DNA of 42,344 nt from IMG/VR virus record IMGVR_UViG_3300050150_000027, positions 1-42,344 of that record; one strand, written 5' to 3'. Position numbers and translations under genes: made by a program. Shown here piece by piece: positions 8,582 to 18,473 of the stretch (positions are counted from its first letter, which is position 1; the number at the start of each line of letters is the position of its first letter). The DNA is from a virus. Its lineage: Duplodnaviria > Caudoviricetes. The notes beneath the pieces were generated by a model. That model saw only the letters and a program-made list of their open reading frames with translations. It had not been told where the DNA came from and ran no database searches.

Positions 8582-10719
8582 TGCCACTGGTGCGTTTAAA
8601 GGATGGCACACTAGCCGAAACCCCCGAAGGTACTAGCGATGCGGTACACCGGAGTTTGGGGGCTACTGTCCTTAACACGCGTAGCGGGGATATTGGGCGC
8701 GTTGATGGGCAAGACGACTCTATCGCGGTGGAAGCCAAGGCCAAGCGTACGAAAATGAAGTCCAAGGGCATGGACGACTACGGGTGGCGCGATAAGTTCA
8801 CGCACTCGTATACTATGGGCATACCCGAAACTATCGCTAACGGCGTTAGCGGGCTTATCGACGGCGTACGTAATACTAATATACACGATTTGGGTAACTT
8901 TGGCCACAACGTAAGCCGCAGTTTCCAAGTCAACAGGGAAATAGATCGCCAAGCTGCGCAAGAGTATGATGACCAAAATCCGATTGCGAGTACGCTTGCT
9001 AGCGTTGGGGGCGCGGTAGCCAACCCACTTGGCGCAGAGTTGGGTATCGGGAAGATTTTCGGCAAGCTTGCGCCTACGGCTGCGGGAAAGCTTGCTACGT
9101 CGGCAGGCGGTAAGTTTGCATCCCGCGTACTAAACAGTAACGCGGGGCTTGCGGCTCGCGCGACCGGGAACCAGATGGCGGTCGAGCAGGCCGTAAACTC
9201 GGATAGCTTAGGCGACGTAGCTGGTAACGCGGCGGAGGGGTACGGGCTTGGCGCTCTTATGGGCGGCGGCATGGGTACGTTGATGACCGGTGCCGGAAAA
9301 GCCGTACATGCGTGGACGGATCGTGCCCCCGCCGCCGCTGGGCGTGTTGCGTACACAAAGATTGCGGACCTACTTTCCCGTTCCCCCGTACCCGGCGAAA
9401 GAGGCGTTAAGTACACGCCGGAGAGCGCCGTAAACGAAATGAAAAGCGCAGTTAAGGGAGGCAGTGACCCAATACTTGCGGACCTGTCGAACGAAATGCA
9501 GCTAACCAACGCACACTTGGCCCGCAAGCCCGGTTTCGACCTTGCTAACCAGATTACGGAAAGCGCCGAAGGCCGTATGTCCCGCGCGGGGCAGCGTTGG
9601 GAAGATCGCGTTCAAAATACGCTTAACCCCCGTCCAGACGCGCACGTACGCGTAAAGAATATCAAGGACGCCAAGCGGGCCACTGGCGCAGAGGACTACG
9701 CCGAAGGGAGTACGGTCGATAACCCGATACCGCTCAGCCCTGAAATGGAGAAGGCGTTCGCGGATAGCCCCGATAGCGACAAGTGGCTCGCGGAAGGCTT
9801 TAAAAATGCTCAGCGTTGGGGGTTCAAGAACCTCGGACACGTAGATACGGAAACAGGGAAAGTAGTACCATCCGGTCGTGTGTACGACGAAATGCTGAAA
9901 GCGGCGCGCGACGACATTAACGACGCTATCGTCGGTAAGCAGATGTCCAAGGCTGGCGCTTTGTCCGCGCAACTTGAACGCTTTAAAAAGCTTATCACCG
10001 ACGCTAACCCGGATATGGCTAGGGTATGGTCGCACCAGCGCGATGCTTTCCAGCAGTTGCAAAGCGCATCGTACGGGGAAGAGTTCCTGCGCAAACTAAG
10101 TGGCAAGTCGCTCGGTAAAGATGCACGGCAGCTACTTGACGACATATCCAAAGAGGGTATGAAGCAAGATGATTTAAAGCTTGCCGTTGCGGACGCGCTT
10201 ATCGGTATGCGCGCTAAGGGCGCTAACCCGTCAGCGTACATGCAGAAGATGATGCGTACACCTTCGCAGCGTTTGGCGTTGAAGCGTATCTTCGGCGACA
10301 ATAAGACGCTTGCGGATTTCGAGAAGTTTATCGCACGCGAAGAACGTTCGTTCGACACGGATCGTATCGCGTCTACAAAGAGGCAGTCCGCCACGAACGC
10401 GCTCAATATGCACGCAGATGCTAACGCCAGCGAAGGCGCAGCAGATACCGCAAAAAGCGTACTGCAAGGCGCGGCCTTCGGTGGCAAAATGGGCGCTCTA
10501 TCTCGCGGTATGCGCAGTATTGATATGCTCTCTCGCGGCATGGGGCCAGACGCTCAGCGCGAACTTGCTTTAATACTTCAAGGTCGCGGCGAGGGGCTTG
10601 TAAGCGGCGTTGGTAGTGCTAAGAAGTTCCTCTTGAAGCGCGCCGCTAATGAGAGGCGCAACGCCATAGCGGCAGGTAAAGCGTTTGCGGGCTACGTTCG
10701 CAACGAAAACGCGGAGTAA
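8581..10719 (+). CDS. Large internal virion / ejection protein
   Basis: 712 aa, helical and Ala/Gly/Lys-rich; third gene of the ejection cluster. Confidence 0.6.
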   Translation: MPLVRLKDGTLAETPEGTSDAVHRSLGATVLNTRSGDIGRVDGQDDSIAVEAKAKRTKMKSKGMDDYGWRDKFTHSYTMGIPETIANGVSGLIDGVRNTNIHDLGNFGHNVSRSFQVNREIDRQAAQEYDDQNPIASTLASVGGAVANPLGAELGIGKIFGKLAPTAAGKLATSAGGKFASRVLNSNAGLAARATGNQMAVEQAVNSDSLGDVAGNAAEGYGLGALMGGGMGTLMTGAGKAVHAWTDRAPAAAGRVAYTKIADLLSRSPVPGERGVKYTPESAVNEMKSAVKGGSDPILADLSNEMQLTNAHLARKPGFDLANQITESAEGRMSRAGQRWEDRVQNTLNPRPDAHVRVKNIKDAKRATGAEDYAEGSTVDNPIPLSPEMEKAFADSPDSDKWLAEGFKNAQRWGFKNLGHVDTETGKVVPSGRVYDEMLKAARDDINDAIVGKQMSKAGALSAQLERFKKLITDANPDMARVWSHQRDAFQQLQSASYGEEFLRKLSGKSLGKDARQLLDDISKEGMKQDDLKLAVADALIGMRAKGANPSAYMQKMMRTPSQRLALKRIFGDNKTLADFEKFIAREERSFDTDRIASTKRQSATNALNMHADANASEGAADTAKSVLQGAAFGGKMGALSRGMRSIDMLSRGMGPDAQRELALILQGRGEGLVSGVGSAKKFLLKRAANERRNAIAAGKAFAGYVRNENAE

Positions 10720-10724
10720 TTTAA

Positions 10725-13061
10725 ATGCCTTTTGACGGCTCCGGTAACTTCACTCGCTCGTATAACTTCGTCAACGACAAGAACGCGGCGATCAAGATTA
10801 CTGCTTCCCGCGTGGACGGCGAGTTCGACAACTTCTCGGCGGCTATGAACCAGACGTTTATGCGTTCTGGCATCGTACCGATGACAGGGAACGTCAATCT
10901 CGGTACGAACACTATCACGAACGCCGGGAATGGCCTTGCGGGTAGCCCCGCCTTCCGGTTCAATACGGATACTACGAGCGGCCTATTCATGCCTGCGGCG
11001 GGGCAGGTGGCGCTGTCTGCGGGCAGCGTGGAGCGCATCACTGCAAACAGTACTGGCGCAGCTATCAATGGCGCTATAACAATCAGCAGCAATGGTACCG
11101 TATCCGGCAATCTGGCTGTTACCGGTACTACTACGCTTTCCAGCACGCTAGGCGTTACGGGTGCTAGTACCTTTACAGCGCTTACTACGCACAACGGCGG
11201 TATTCAGCTAAACGGCGCGCTGGCAGCTACCGGCGCGGGTGCTTTCACCGGGCAGCTTTCGACGCTTGGTGGCCTTGGCGTAGGTACCGCATCGCCGTCC
11301 GAGAAGTTCCACGTACTTACCGCCGTTGCGGCGGCTTATGGCCGTTTTCAGGGTACTACCGGCAATCTGTACGTCGGCGTCAACGGGTCGAATGACGGCG
11401 AAGTTAACGTAAGCACCAACAATAATCTGGTCTTTAAAACATTCGGTTCCGAACGCGCGCGGATCGACGCCAGTGGCAACGTATCCGTGGGAACGTCGGG
11501 TACAGACGGTCGGGTTACTGTGAAGGACGCGGGTGCCGGGCAATTCGCCATGCGTAATTCGGCGGACGTAATCAAAGCGTATATCGGTACTAACAGTATA
11601 TTCGGGTCGTCTGCGGCTGATGCCCTCCGCATACGTGGCGACGCAGGTATTGACCTAGGCGTAGCCGGTAGTATAGGTATGAGCGTAGATACCGCTAACC
11701 GTGTGGGTGTCGGTATTTCGTCTGGTATGTCTAATCGCTTCACTATACGGAGCGATAGCACGGTTACCAACATACTTATGTTGTCGGATAGCAACGTATC
11801 GGGGAAGAATTGGGGTGTCGGACCCTCCGCCGGTACCGGCAATGTCAATACATTCGCTCTACCGTATAATTATACGGATTCTAAGGCGGGGTCTTTGTAT
11901 ACCGCCGGTGCATCCGGCTCTTGGCAGTGGTATATCGACGGCGCTGAGAAAATGCGTATAGACGGCAATGGTAACGTCGGTGTTGGTACTACTGCGCCTA
12001 ACAACTACGGCGCAGGTTATTCGAGTATTCACGCAAGCAATACTAGCGGTGGTGTATTCCGCTCCACGGGTGGGGCTGTTTCCGGGGATTTCTACGCGGA
12101 TACGGCGGGTACTGTCAATCTTCGTTCTATCGGTACGTCGCCGCTACGGTTCCTCGTGAACTCTGCGGAAGCCCTACGTATTGACAGTTCGGGTAACGTA
12201 GGCGTTGGAACTACCAACCCCGCTGGATACCGTATGCGTATCGCCGGAGCGAGTGGTACGCCGCAATGGAGGGCCGGTACGGATGCGACGGCGTATTGGG
12301 AAGTAAACGGCTTCGACGCTGGTGGCGCTTTTCTTATGGCGGCGGGCAGTACCGCTACGTACGCGGGGTTCGGATCGCAGACAAATATCCCGCTTCTACT
12401 CCATACCAACAATACCGAAAAAGCCCGGATCGCCCCGAACGGCGACTTCATGGTGGGGGGTACCGCGCCTCTTGAAAGCTACGGTAGGCGTACGCTGTCT
12501 GTATACGACGGCACTACGGGCGGCTTGATCGAACTCGGTGGGCCTTCTAGCGGCCATGGTGCTCTGTATTGGGATAACGCTACTACGACGCTACTCGTTG
12601 AGGGCCGTAGTACGAATGCCAATGTCAAGGTTATCGCAGCGGGCACGGGTGCTATTACTTTCAACACAAATGGCAATACGCGGCTTTCTATTGATAGTTT
12701 CGGCCAGATCAGTTCGAGCGATCTCGCAAACGCTATTGGCTATAAAGGCATTCCGCAGAACGGGCAGGCGGGCGCGTATACGCTCATAATGCTCGATCAG
12801 GGACGCCATGTATACTGCACTGGTGGCGCAGCCTCGGTTACTATCCCGCCGAACTCGTCCGTGGCGTTCCCTATCGGTACTACGATCCCTGTCGTCAACG
12901 ATGGCTCTGGCGTTCGTACGATCACGCAGGGCGCTGGCGTCACGCTGAAATGGGCGGGTACCGGTACTACCGGAAACCGTTCTCTGGCGGTCGGTGGATT
13001 GTGCAACCTTTTAAAGGTCGCCACTGATACTTGGTTCGTCTCTGGCGCGGGGCTTTCGTAA
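10725..13061 (+). CDS. Tail fibre protein
   Basis: MPFDGSGNF N-terminal anchor, repeated E(R/K)xRIDxxGNV(G/S)VGT units, C-terminal VTIPPNSSVAFPIGT domain. Confidence 0.85.
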   Translation: MPFDGSGNFTRSYNFVNDKNAAIKITASRVDGEFDNFSAAMNQTFMRSGIVPMTGNVNLGTNTITNAGNGLAGSPAFRFNTDTTSGLFMPAAGQVALSAGSVERITANSTGAAINGAITISSNGTVSGNLAVTGTTTLSSTLGVTGASTFTALTTHNGGIQLNGALAATGAGAFTGQLSTLGGLGVGTASPSEKFHVLTAVAAAYGRFQGTTGNLYVGVNGSNDGEVNVSTNNNLVFKTFGSERARIDASGNVSVGTSGTDGRVTVKDAGAGQFAMRNSADVIKAYIGTNSIFGSSAADALRIRGDAGIDLGVAGSIGMSVDTANRVGVGISSGMSNRFTIRSDSTVTNILMLSDSNVSGKNWGVGPSAGTGNVNTFALPYNYTDSKAGSLYTAGASGSWQWYIDGAEKMRIDGNGNVGVGTTAPNNYGAGYSSIHASNTSGGVFRSTGGAVSGDFYADTAGTVNLRSIGTSPLRFLVNSAEALRIDSSGNVGVGTTNPAGYRMRIAGASGTPQWRAGTDATAYWEVNGFDAGGAFLMAAGSTATYAGFGSQTNIPLLLHTNNTEKARIAPNGDFMVGGTAPLESYGRRTLSVYDGTTGGLIELGGPSSGHGALYWDNATTTLLVEGRSTNANVKVIAAGTGAITFNTNGNTRLSIDSFGQISSSDLANAIGYKGIPQNGQAGAYTLIMLDQGRHVYCTGGAASVTIPPNSSVAFPIGTTIPVVNDGSGVRTITQGAGVTLKWAGTGTTGNRSLAVGGLCNLLKVATDTWFVSGAGLS

Positions 13062-13510
13062 TGGGTGGCGTAGCTTGCGCTTTGGCAGGATCGGGAGTGA
13101 CTACTACCAATAGCTTTGTAGTAACCACGGGTAATACTACCGACAGCGGAACTGTAGCGTATAACGGTTTCGTAAACACCGCAGTCGAAACTGCTGCTTT
13201 GGCCAGCGTAGGGTCGTGTTCACCGCCGCTTCTGGGTATCACGGCTATCGGTGGCGCGATGCTAAGTGACGCTGACTATAATATTGATAGTTTCCTAAGT
13301 ATTGATAACGTAGTTGTCTCGGTTTTCGGCAACGCCGTGGGGGTAGCTTGGACCAGCGTTACCATTAACGGTACGGTATTCACAAGGGCTTCCGCTACGG
13401 TACCCAACGGTACTTTGTCGGGTAGCCACACTGTATGGTCCTGGATTTTCCCCGTAGGCAACCCATTCGGTACGCTTTCAGGCGCTACCAAAACCGTGGT
13501 ATTCGCGTAA
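13061..13510 (+). CDS. Putative tail-fibre tip / accessory protein
   Basis: ATG at 13061 overlaps the fibre stop (TAATG); 149 aa, Thr/Gly/Val-rich. Confidence 0.55.
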   Translation: MGGVACALAGSGVTTTNSFVVTTGNTTDSGTVAYNGFVNTAVETAALASVGSCSPPLLGITAIGGAMLSDADYNIDSFLSIDNVVVSVFGNAVGVAWTSVTINGTVFTRASATVPNGTLSGSHTVWSWIFPVGNPFGTLSGATKTVVFA

Positions 13511-13522
13511 GGAGTGCTTTAA

Positions 13523-13807
13523 ATGATCGGTTGGAAACACCCGCTATTCTCGCTTTTGGTGCAGCTTGCTCTTATCGGGCTGACACATAATCCGTGGTAC
13601 GGTGTGGCCGCAGCGTCCTTCTATCTAGGCCGCGAACACGCGCAAGCAGAGTACCGCTGGATCGAAAGATACGGCTTCCACAAGCGATCCAATATGCCGC
13701 TATTCGGGGCGTTCGACCTGCGAGTATGGGATTTGCACTCGGTCACTGACATGGTTCTGCCAGTCCTCTTGACTATCGCTACGTCCTTTGTTTATAGGCT
13801 TTTCTAG
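13523..13807 (+). CDS. Conserved phage membrane protein
   Basis: GREHAQAEYRWIE motif with flanking hydrophobic segments; GGAG RBS. Confidence 0.65.
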   Translation: MIGWKHPLFSLLVQLALIGLTHNPWYGVAAASFYLGREHAQAEYRWIERYGFHKRSNMPLFGAFDLRVWDLHSVTDMVLPVLLTIATSFVYRLF

Positions 13808-13836
13808 CGGTTTAAAGGTCATGGCCGGGGGTTTCA

Positions 13837-14064
13837 GTGGACTTGCAGCAGCTATTCAATATAGTTCTTGGCGTACTGTTGGCGGTACTTGGCTTTCTGT
13901 TTAAGGAACTGTGGCAATCCCACAAAGACCTTGCGAAGTCGCACAACGACCACGTTGTTAGGGTACCGGAGCACTACGTTACCAAGGACGACTTTAAAGA
14001 GCAGCTTAACCATATACGGGAAACCTGCGACAATATCTGGAAAGCCATACGTAAAGGGGAATGA
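13837..14064 (+). CDS. Putative holin-like single-pass membrane protein
   Basis: N-terminal TM helix plus coiled coil (YVTKDDF); immediately upstream of the endolysin. Confidence 0.5.
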   Translation: MDLQQLFNIVLGVLLAVLGFLFKELWQSHKDLAKSHNDHVVRVPEHYVTKDDFKEQLNHIRETCDNIWKAIRKGE

Positions 14065-14477
14065 GTATGGGACGGCTTCTAAGCGAACTGGTACCCGTTG
14101 TCGCCAAAATGGCTGAGGACGCGCTTGCGGACTGCCGACGCCACGGGCTTGACTTGCTGATTACCTGCACGTACAGGAGCGGCGCGGAACAGGATGCGTT
14201 GTACGCGCAGGGCCGTACCAAGCCGGGGGCTAAGGTCACAAATGCCAAGGCCGGGCAGTCTCTTCACCAGTACAGGGTGGCGCTCGACCTGTACCCACTC
14301 GTGAACGGAAAGCCGGATTTCTCCGGTAAGGCTCACGAGTGGCGCGAAATCGCTGCGATCTTTAAAGCGCACGGTTTCGAGTGGGCGTACGAATGGAAGA
14401 CCTTCAAGGAAATGCCACATTTCCAGCATACGGGGGGTCATCCGCTTTCGTACTTTCAGAACGGTGGCACACTCTAA
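14061..14477 (+). CDS. Endolysin, peptidase M15 family (L-Ala-D-Glu endopeptidase-like)
   Basis: YRSGAEQDALYAQGRT, SLHQYRVALD and EMPHFQ zinc motifs. Confidence 0.9.
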   Translation: MSMGRLLSELVPVVAKMAEDALADCRRHGLDLLITCTYRSGAEQDALYAQGRTKPGAKVTNAKAGQSLHQYRVALDLYPLVNGKPDFSGKAHEWREIAAIFKAHGFEWAYEWKTFKEMPHFQHTGGHPLSYFQNGGTL

Positions 14478-14488
14478 GGGAGTATACC

Positions 14489-14647
14489 ATGGATTTTCTT
14501 TCACCTACCGCCGCTGCTGGCCTGCTGGCCGTGTACGCTGTGGCTCAGTTCGTCGGCAAGGCTATCCCGGATAGCGCAACCGGCTTTCCCGGCTTCGTAC
14601 GGAAGGTGGCCAAGGTCGTCAGCCTGTACGCGCCGAACAAGCTCTGA
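14489..14647 (+). CDS. Small lysis-cassette membrane protein (52 aa)
   Basis: GGAG RBS and ATG at 14489; hydrophobic N-terminal half, cationic amphipathic C-terminal half. Confidence 0.6.
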   Translation: MDFLSPTAAAGLLAVYAVAQFVGKAIPDSATGFPGFVRKVAKVVSLYAPNKL

Positions 14648-14683
14648 TCGTCGCTCCGGGTTCCCTCCCGTCCTCCCGTGAGC

Positions 14684-14732
14684 GCGAAAAGAGAGGGCGC
14701 TAGGGTCATCGGTCCCCTAGCGCCCTTTTCGC
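14684..14732. terminator. Bidirectional terminator between the convergent arms
   Basis: AGGGCGCTAGGG / CCCTAGCGCCCT stem flanked by AAAA and TTTT. Confidence 0.8.
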
Positions 14733-14756
14733 GTCCTGCGGCCAGCCCTGCCCGGA

Positions 14757-15203
14757 TTAGCCGGATGCTGGGCTGGCCTCGTGGCGGCAAATCGGGCAGT
14801 CGTGGCGGGGCGATAGGAGGACATGGGGATGGCGCGTACAGTGCAGCGATACTGCCCCCGTAGTCACTTCCTGCATTACCGGGGAACCCCATAAGGGGAC
14901 AGCCCGTGGTACGGGTTCGGTCGCCTTCTCGAAAGATGACGGGTCAGTACTGATCGGAAACACGCCTTGGCGGGGGTCGTTGTTGATGCAGCTTTCTTCG
15001 CCACGTTTCGCGTACGCCGCAATATCCGCCCATGTTTCCGAGTTATCGGTATCGCCGGTCACTAGACCAGCCACTTTAAAGAGTATCTGACTTAGGGCTG
15101 TGGAATGCTGAGGGCGCAGGCTTGAATACCCGTAGTTTGCCAAAAGGTCCATAAGCCCGCAGTGCAGATTGGCGTGGGCGTTGAAGTCTCCGTACTTGCT
15201 CAT
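14757..15203 (-). CDS. Hypothetical protein, DUF6378-like
   Basis: Likely start MSKYGDF at 15203; KVAGLVTGD...WADIAAYA motif. Confidence 0.55.
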   Translation of the reverse strand: MSKYGDFNAHANLHCGLMDLLANYGYSSLRPQHSTALSQILFKVAGLVTGDTDNSETWADIAAYAKRGEESCINNDPRQGVFPISTDPSSFEKATEPVPRAVPLWGSPVMQEVTTGAVSLHCTRHPHVLLSPRHDCPICRHEASPASG

Positions 15204-15487
15204 TTTCCGTCCTTTCGTAGTATACCGCGCTTGACTTCGCCTAGGGCAAGTTGCGCCCAAGTCCACCAAAGCGCCAGCATAAGCTGCGACTGCGAAGCGT
15301 GGTTCAAGCCGTAGTCGCATCTGGCCTGATCCAATCCGAAAGTGTTTGCGGGGTACCCAAGGGTCTTTAAAGCCTGCATTGCCTTTGTGCGTACTGCCAT
15401 ACGCTCAATGTCGTAGGACCGCCACGTAGCATCCTCGGCAATAGACCCGTCTAGGTACTTCGGTACGAACTCCCTAAATGGTATCAT
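15200..15487 (-). CDS. Hypothetical protein
   Basis: Start MIPFREF at 15487; 4-nt overlaps with both neighbours. Confidence 0.6.
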   Translation of the reverse strand: MIPFREFVPKYLDGSIAEDATWRSYDIERMAVRTKAMQALKTLGYPANTFGLDQARCDYGLNHASQSQLMLALWWTWAQLALGEVKRGILRKDGK

Positions 15488-15642
15488 TTGTCGAGGCAGT
15501 ACTTGTACTCGCCGCACAAATCCGTCTGCATGACAAACGGTCGCAAGCCTTCTAGGTTAGGAGGGTACCTGCGGCAGATACCCGCTCCTGAATCTGTGGT
15601 AGCTTTAAACCACTTGCATGTATCGCAGTTCATCTTGCTCAT
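15484..15642 (-). CDS. Small Cys-rich phage protein
   Basis: CDTCKWF...GICRRYPP...CGEY; ATGA-coupled to the helicase gene. Confidence 0.65.
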   Translation of the reverse strand: MSKMNCDTCKWFKATTDSGAGICRRYPPNLEGLRPFVMQTDLCGEYKYCLDK

Positions 15643-17324
15643 AGTACGATTCCCCCAAAAGAGCAACGAGACGGGAGTTCGGGTACCGAGTTAATATCAA
15701 GCCCCATTTGTCGCTGGTACGTGAGCGTAGCGTTGCGGAAACGCGTCATTTCGTCGCCACGCTCGAACCACGAATTATACCGCACTTCGTCGGTAGTATG
15801 GCGAGCCATGATAACATGAATACTTACAACCTCTTTTTGCCCTGAGCGCGCAAGTCGCGCGTTAGTTTGCAGGTACCGTTCAAGGCTCCATATAGTACTA
15901 AACCATATGAGGTTATGGCCGCCGAACTGTAGATTAAGACCGTGGCCAGCACTTTGAGGATGGATAAGTAGGTTAGGGATACCCCCAGCATTCCATCTAT
16001 CAATAGTTCTCTCAGCATTCTTGCCTTTGAGTACCGCATACGGAATGCCTTCCTTTTTAAAGCGCGCCACGATCCTTTCTAGGTCGTGGTTGAAATGGTA
16101 CGGTATCAAGCAGTGTTGGTCTAGCGCGTCGATTACTTCGACTAGCTTATCTATCTTGGCCGTGTGTACTTCTTTCCAGTCTTTCTGGCCGCGTTCGTCG
16201 GTCGTGTATATCGCCCCGTTGCATAGCTGCCAGCACATATTAGACTTGGCCCCGCCGTTCACCGCTATGACGGGGTTTTCGAGCATTTCAAATACGGCTT
16301 CTTTTTCGAGTTGCCGATAATGCGGTTTGATTTCCTCGGGCAAGTCTATGTAGTGTTTAAAGGGTGGCAGTTGCTTCGGAAGTACCCCGTAGTCCTCTGC
16401 GTTCAGTTCGACTGTAATGTCGGCGATAAGTTCGTGGATACGCTCTTGACCGCCCTGCCGTACTTGCCATTCGGGACGGGCCTCGTCCTCTTCCTTATTA
16501 AGATCGTACTTGTGTACGTGCGCTGCTACCTGCTGCGTCTTGTGGAAAAAGCGGCCTTGGAACGTATCAAAGGACTGGTGCAGCCTAGCGCCGTGATCCA
16601 GTAGGTAGAACGGGGACCACAAGTTTTGCAGGCCAGAAGGCGAGGGAGTTCCCGTAAGTACGGCGGTACGCTTGAAGCGCGGCGGCGGCGTTATGACGTT
16701 TAGCCCCGTCAACGGATCTTTTAAAGGCTTCCCATCCGGCCCCTTGAGGACCACACGAGTACCGTAGTTCGACAGTACCCGGAACCGCTTCGTACGGTTG
16801 TCCTTGAACATGGAACTTTCGTCTATTATCAATGCATCGTAGTGTGCGAGCCAGTCGGCCCGTATATGCTTTTGCAGCCATGGCAGCAACTCCGGGTTTA
16901 TCAGGTGGATATGCGCGGGGCGAGCGACGGCGAACGCGCGTTCCTTCTCGTTACCGCGTATTAGCTGGAACGTGAGGTGGCGCGTATGCGACCAGTCGCG
17001 GGCCTCTTGACGCCATACGGTTTCACATACCTTGATTGGCGCAACGACGAGTACCGGCTTCGTGCATATACCCCACTTGAACCACTCCGCTGCGGCGGTA
17101 AGCCCCACGATGGTTTTCCCCAAGCCGGGGTCAATATGCACCGCCGTACCGTCTACTTCTGGACCCTCTTTAAAGCCCGTGGCGGGGTTGCGGCGCAGTT
17201 CGCCGGTAAACAGCTTATGGGCGGCACGTAGCTGATACCCCCGCATACGCGCACCGTCCTTTATACGGTACTTGTCCTCTGTATCGGGCTGTACCTGCAT
17301 TGGCGCGAATAGATCAGGCAGCAT
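15639..17324 (-). CDS. SNF2-family helicase
   Basis: GLGKT Walker A, IIDES, LTGTP, HGLNLQ and QTNARLARSGQ motifs. Confidence 0.92.
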   Translation of the reverse strand: MLPDLFAPMQVQPDTEDKYRIKDGARMRGYQLRAAHKLFTGELRRNPATGFKEGPEVDGTAVHIDPGLGKTIVGLTAAAEWFKWGICTKPVLVVAPIKVCETVWRQEARDWSHTRHLTFQLIRGNEKERAFAVARPAHIHLINPELLPWLQKHIRADWLAHYDALIIDESSMFKDNRTKRFRVLSNYGTRVVLKGPDGKPLKDPLTGLNVITPPPRFKRTAVLTGTPSPSGLQNLWSPFYLLDHGARLHQSFDTFQGRFFHKTQQVAAHVHKYDLNKEEDEARPEWQVRQGGQERIHELIADITVELNAEDYGVLPKQLPPFKHYIDLPEEIKPHYRQLEKEAVFEMLENPVIAVNGGAKSNMCWQLCNGAIYTTDERGQKDWKEVHTAKIDKLVEVIDALDQHCLIPYHFNHDLERIVARFKKEGIPYAVLKGKNAERTIDRWNAGGIPNLLIHPQSAGHGLNLQFGGHNLIWFSTIWSLERYLQTNARLARSGQKEVVSIHVIMARHTTDEVRYNSWFERGDEMTRFRNATLTYQRQMGLDINSVPELPSRCSFGGIVL

Positions 17325-17484
17325 TCATTTTATCCCAATCGAACAGGCCCGCCGCTTGAGCAGCGTGTACGGCGGCTTCGTAGCTGCTGTATGGCGTTTG
17401 GGGGAGTATCTCGTTACCGCTCTTGTCGTAGACCCGTACAAACCATTGCAGACAGCTCATGCGCACTCTATACTTGAAGGGCAT
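17314..17484 (-). CDS. Small hypothetical protein
   Basis: Fills the gap between VRR-NUC and the helicase; start at 17484 or 17460. Confidence 0.45.
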   Translation of the reverse strand: MPFKYRVRMSCLQWFVRVYDKSGNEILPQTPYSSYEAAVHAAQAAGLFDWDKMNAA

Positions 17485-17785
17485 TGTCTTTGGCCTCCGT
17501 ATTAAGCTGGTATACGATGGCCTCGACGCGCTCGTAGCTGTCACACACGTCCAGTACCGTGCAGCCGCGCGCCCGCCATTCGTCGCGTACGAGTTCCTGT
17601 AACCGCCGTTCGGTCTTACCGGGGCGCTTGCACTCGACAAAGTACGGCGTACCGGGTGCCCACTTCGGGCGTAGTATCATACGATCGGGTACGCCTGCGT
17701 AGCCGGGGCAAGTCAACTTGATGACTTTAAAGCCGTACTTTTCAAGCCGGTCTTTGAGGCGTTCCTCTACGGGTTTTTCCCTCAT
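17468..17785 (-). CDS. VRR-NUC domain nuclease
   Basis: MREKPVE...GVPDR...FVECKRPG...LQ motif. Confidence 0.88.
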   Translation of the reverse strand: MREKPVEERLKDRLEKYGFKVIKLTCPGYAGVPDRMILRPKWAPGTPYFVECKRPGKTERRLQELVRDEWRARGCTVLDVCDSYERVEAIVYQLNTEAKDNALQV

Positions 17786-18201
17786 ACCCGCCCCTTCTCG
17801 ACTTCGCGGTTGCCGACGATGATCGAGTACCGCCCAGCTACGCCCTTGGCGTACTTGTTGATTTCGTCACGGGCGCGCTTCACAAGCCGCATTTGGCCTT
17901 CGTGCGCGAGGTCTGCGTACCTGTTCGCGTCGATTTCGATGGTGAATACAGCAGCGACTTTAAAGGCGCTCTCGGAGTTTGCCTTGCTGCTTACCGCCCA
18001 TACGCGGTGGCGGCTATCTTTGCCACACATAGGGAACACGGGATCGGGTGTGACGAATACCGAAATACCGCTGCAACCGGCTGCTTTCGCCGCCATGGAG
18101 TAGCTGGTTTTCAAGTACTCTTGATCCGTACCCCGCCCGTACCATTCGTCCTCTGAGAGTTCGACTACGTACGCTTCGCCCTGTTTAAATGCCTTGCCCA
18201 T
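17782..18201 (-). CDS. Hypothetical protein
   Basis: 139 aa, GGAGG RBS, coupled to VRR-NUC. Confidence 0.7.
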   Translation of the reverse strand: MGKAFKQGEAYVVELSEDEWYGRGTDQEYLKTSYSMAAKAAGCSGISVFVTPDPVFPMCGKDSRHRVWAVSSKANSESAFKVAAVFTIEIDANRYADLAHEGQMRLVKRARDEINKYAKGVAGRYSIIVGNREVEKGRV

Positions 18202-18218
18202 TGTCTTGCCTCCAACGG

Positions 18219-18473
18219 TTAGTTTACTTCGATCAGCCCACTACCGGGCTTCTCCCCGATTTGCAGCACCACTTGGCACTTGGCGATGTTCTGGGTATCA
18301 ATGACCTGCACTTGCAAGCCCTCGAAGTCCACGAACGCCGGAGACGCCATGAACGATAGCATCTGCTGCATCAAGAACAAAAGCTGCCCGCCTGCGGGTG
18401 CGTTGTCCCAATCGCTTGCGGGTATGCGCAGTACCGCGACTTTCGGTTCCGGCGCTTTAAACGTATTCTTCAT
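18219..18473 (-). CDS. Hypothetical protein
   Basis: 84 aa, GGAGG RBS. Confidence 0.65.
   Translation of the reverse strand: MKNTFKAPEPKVAVLRIPASDWDNAPAGGQLLFLMQQMLSFMASPAFVDFEGLQVQVIDTQNIAKCQVVLQIGEKPGSGLIEVN

Noticed and set aside
10725-13510. Diversity-generating retroelement or invertible fibre cassette
   Set aside because: No reverse transcriptase, invertase or near-identical template/variable repeat was seen; the fibre repeats are diverged protein-level repeats.
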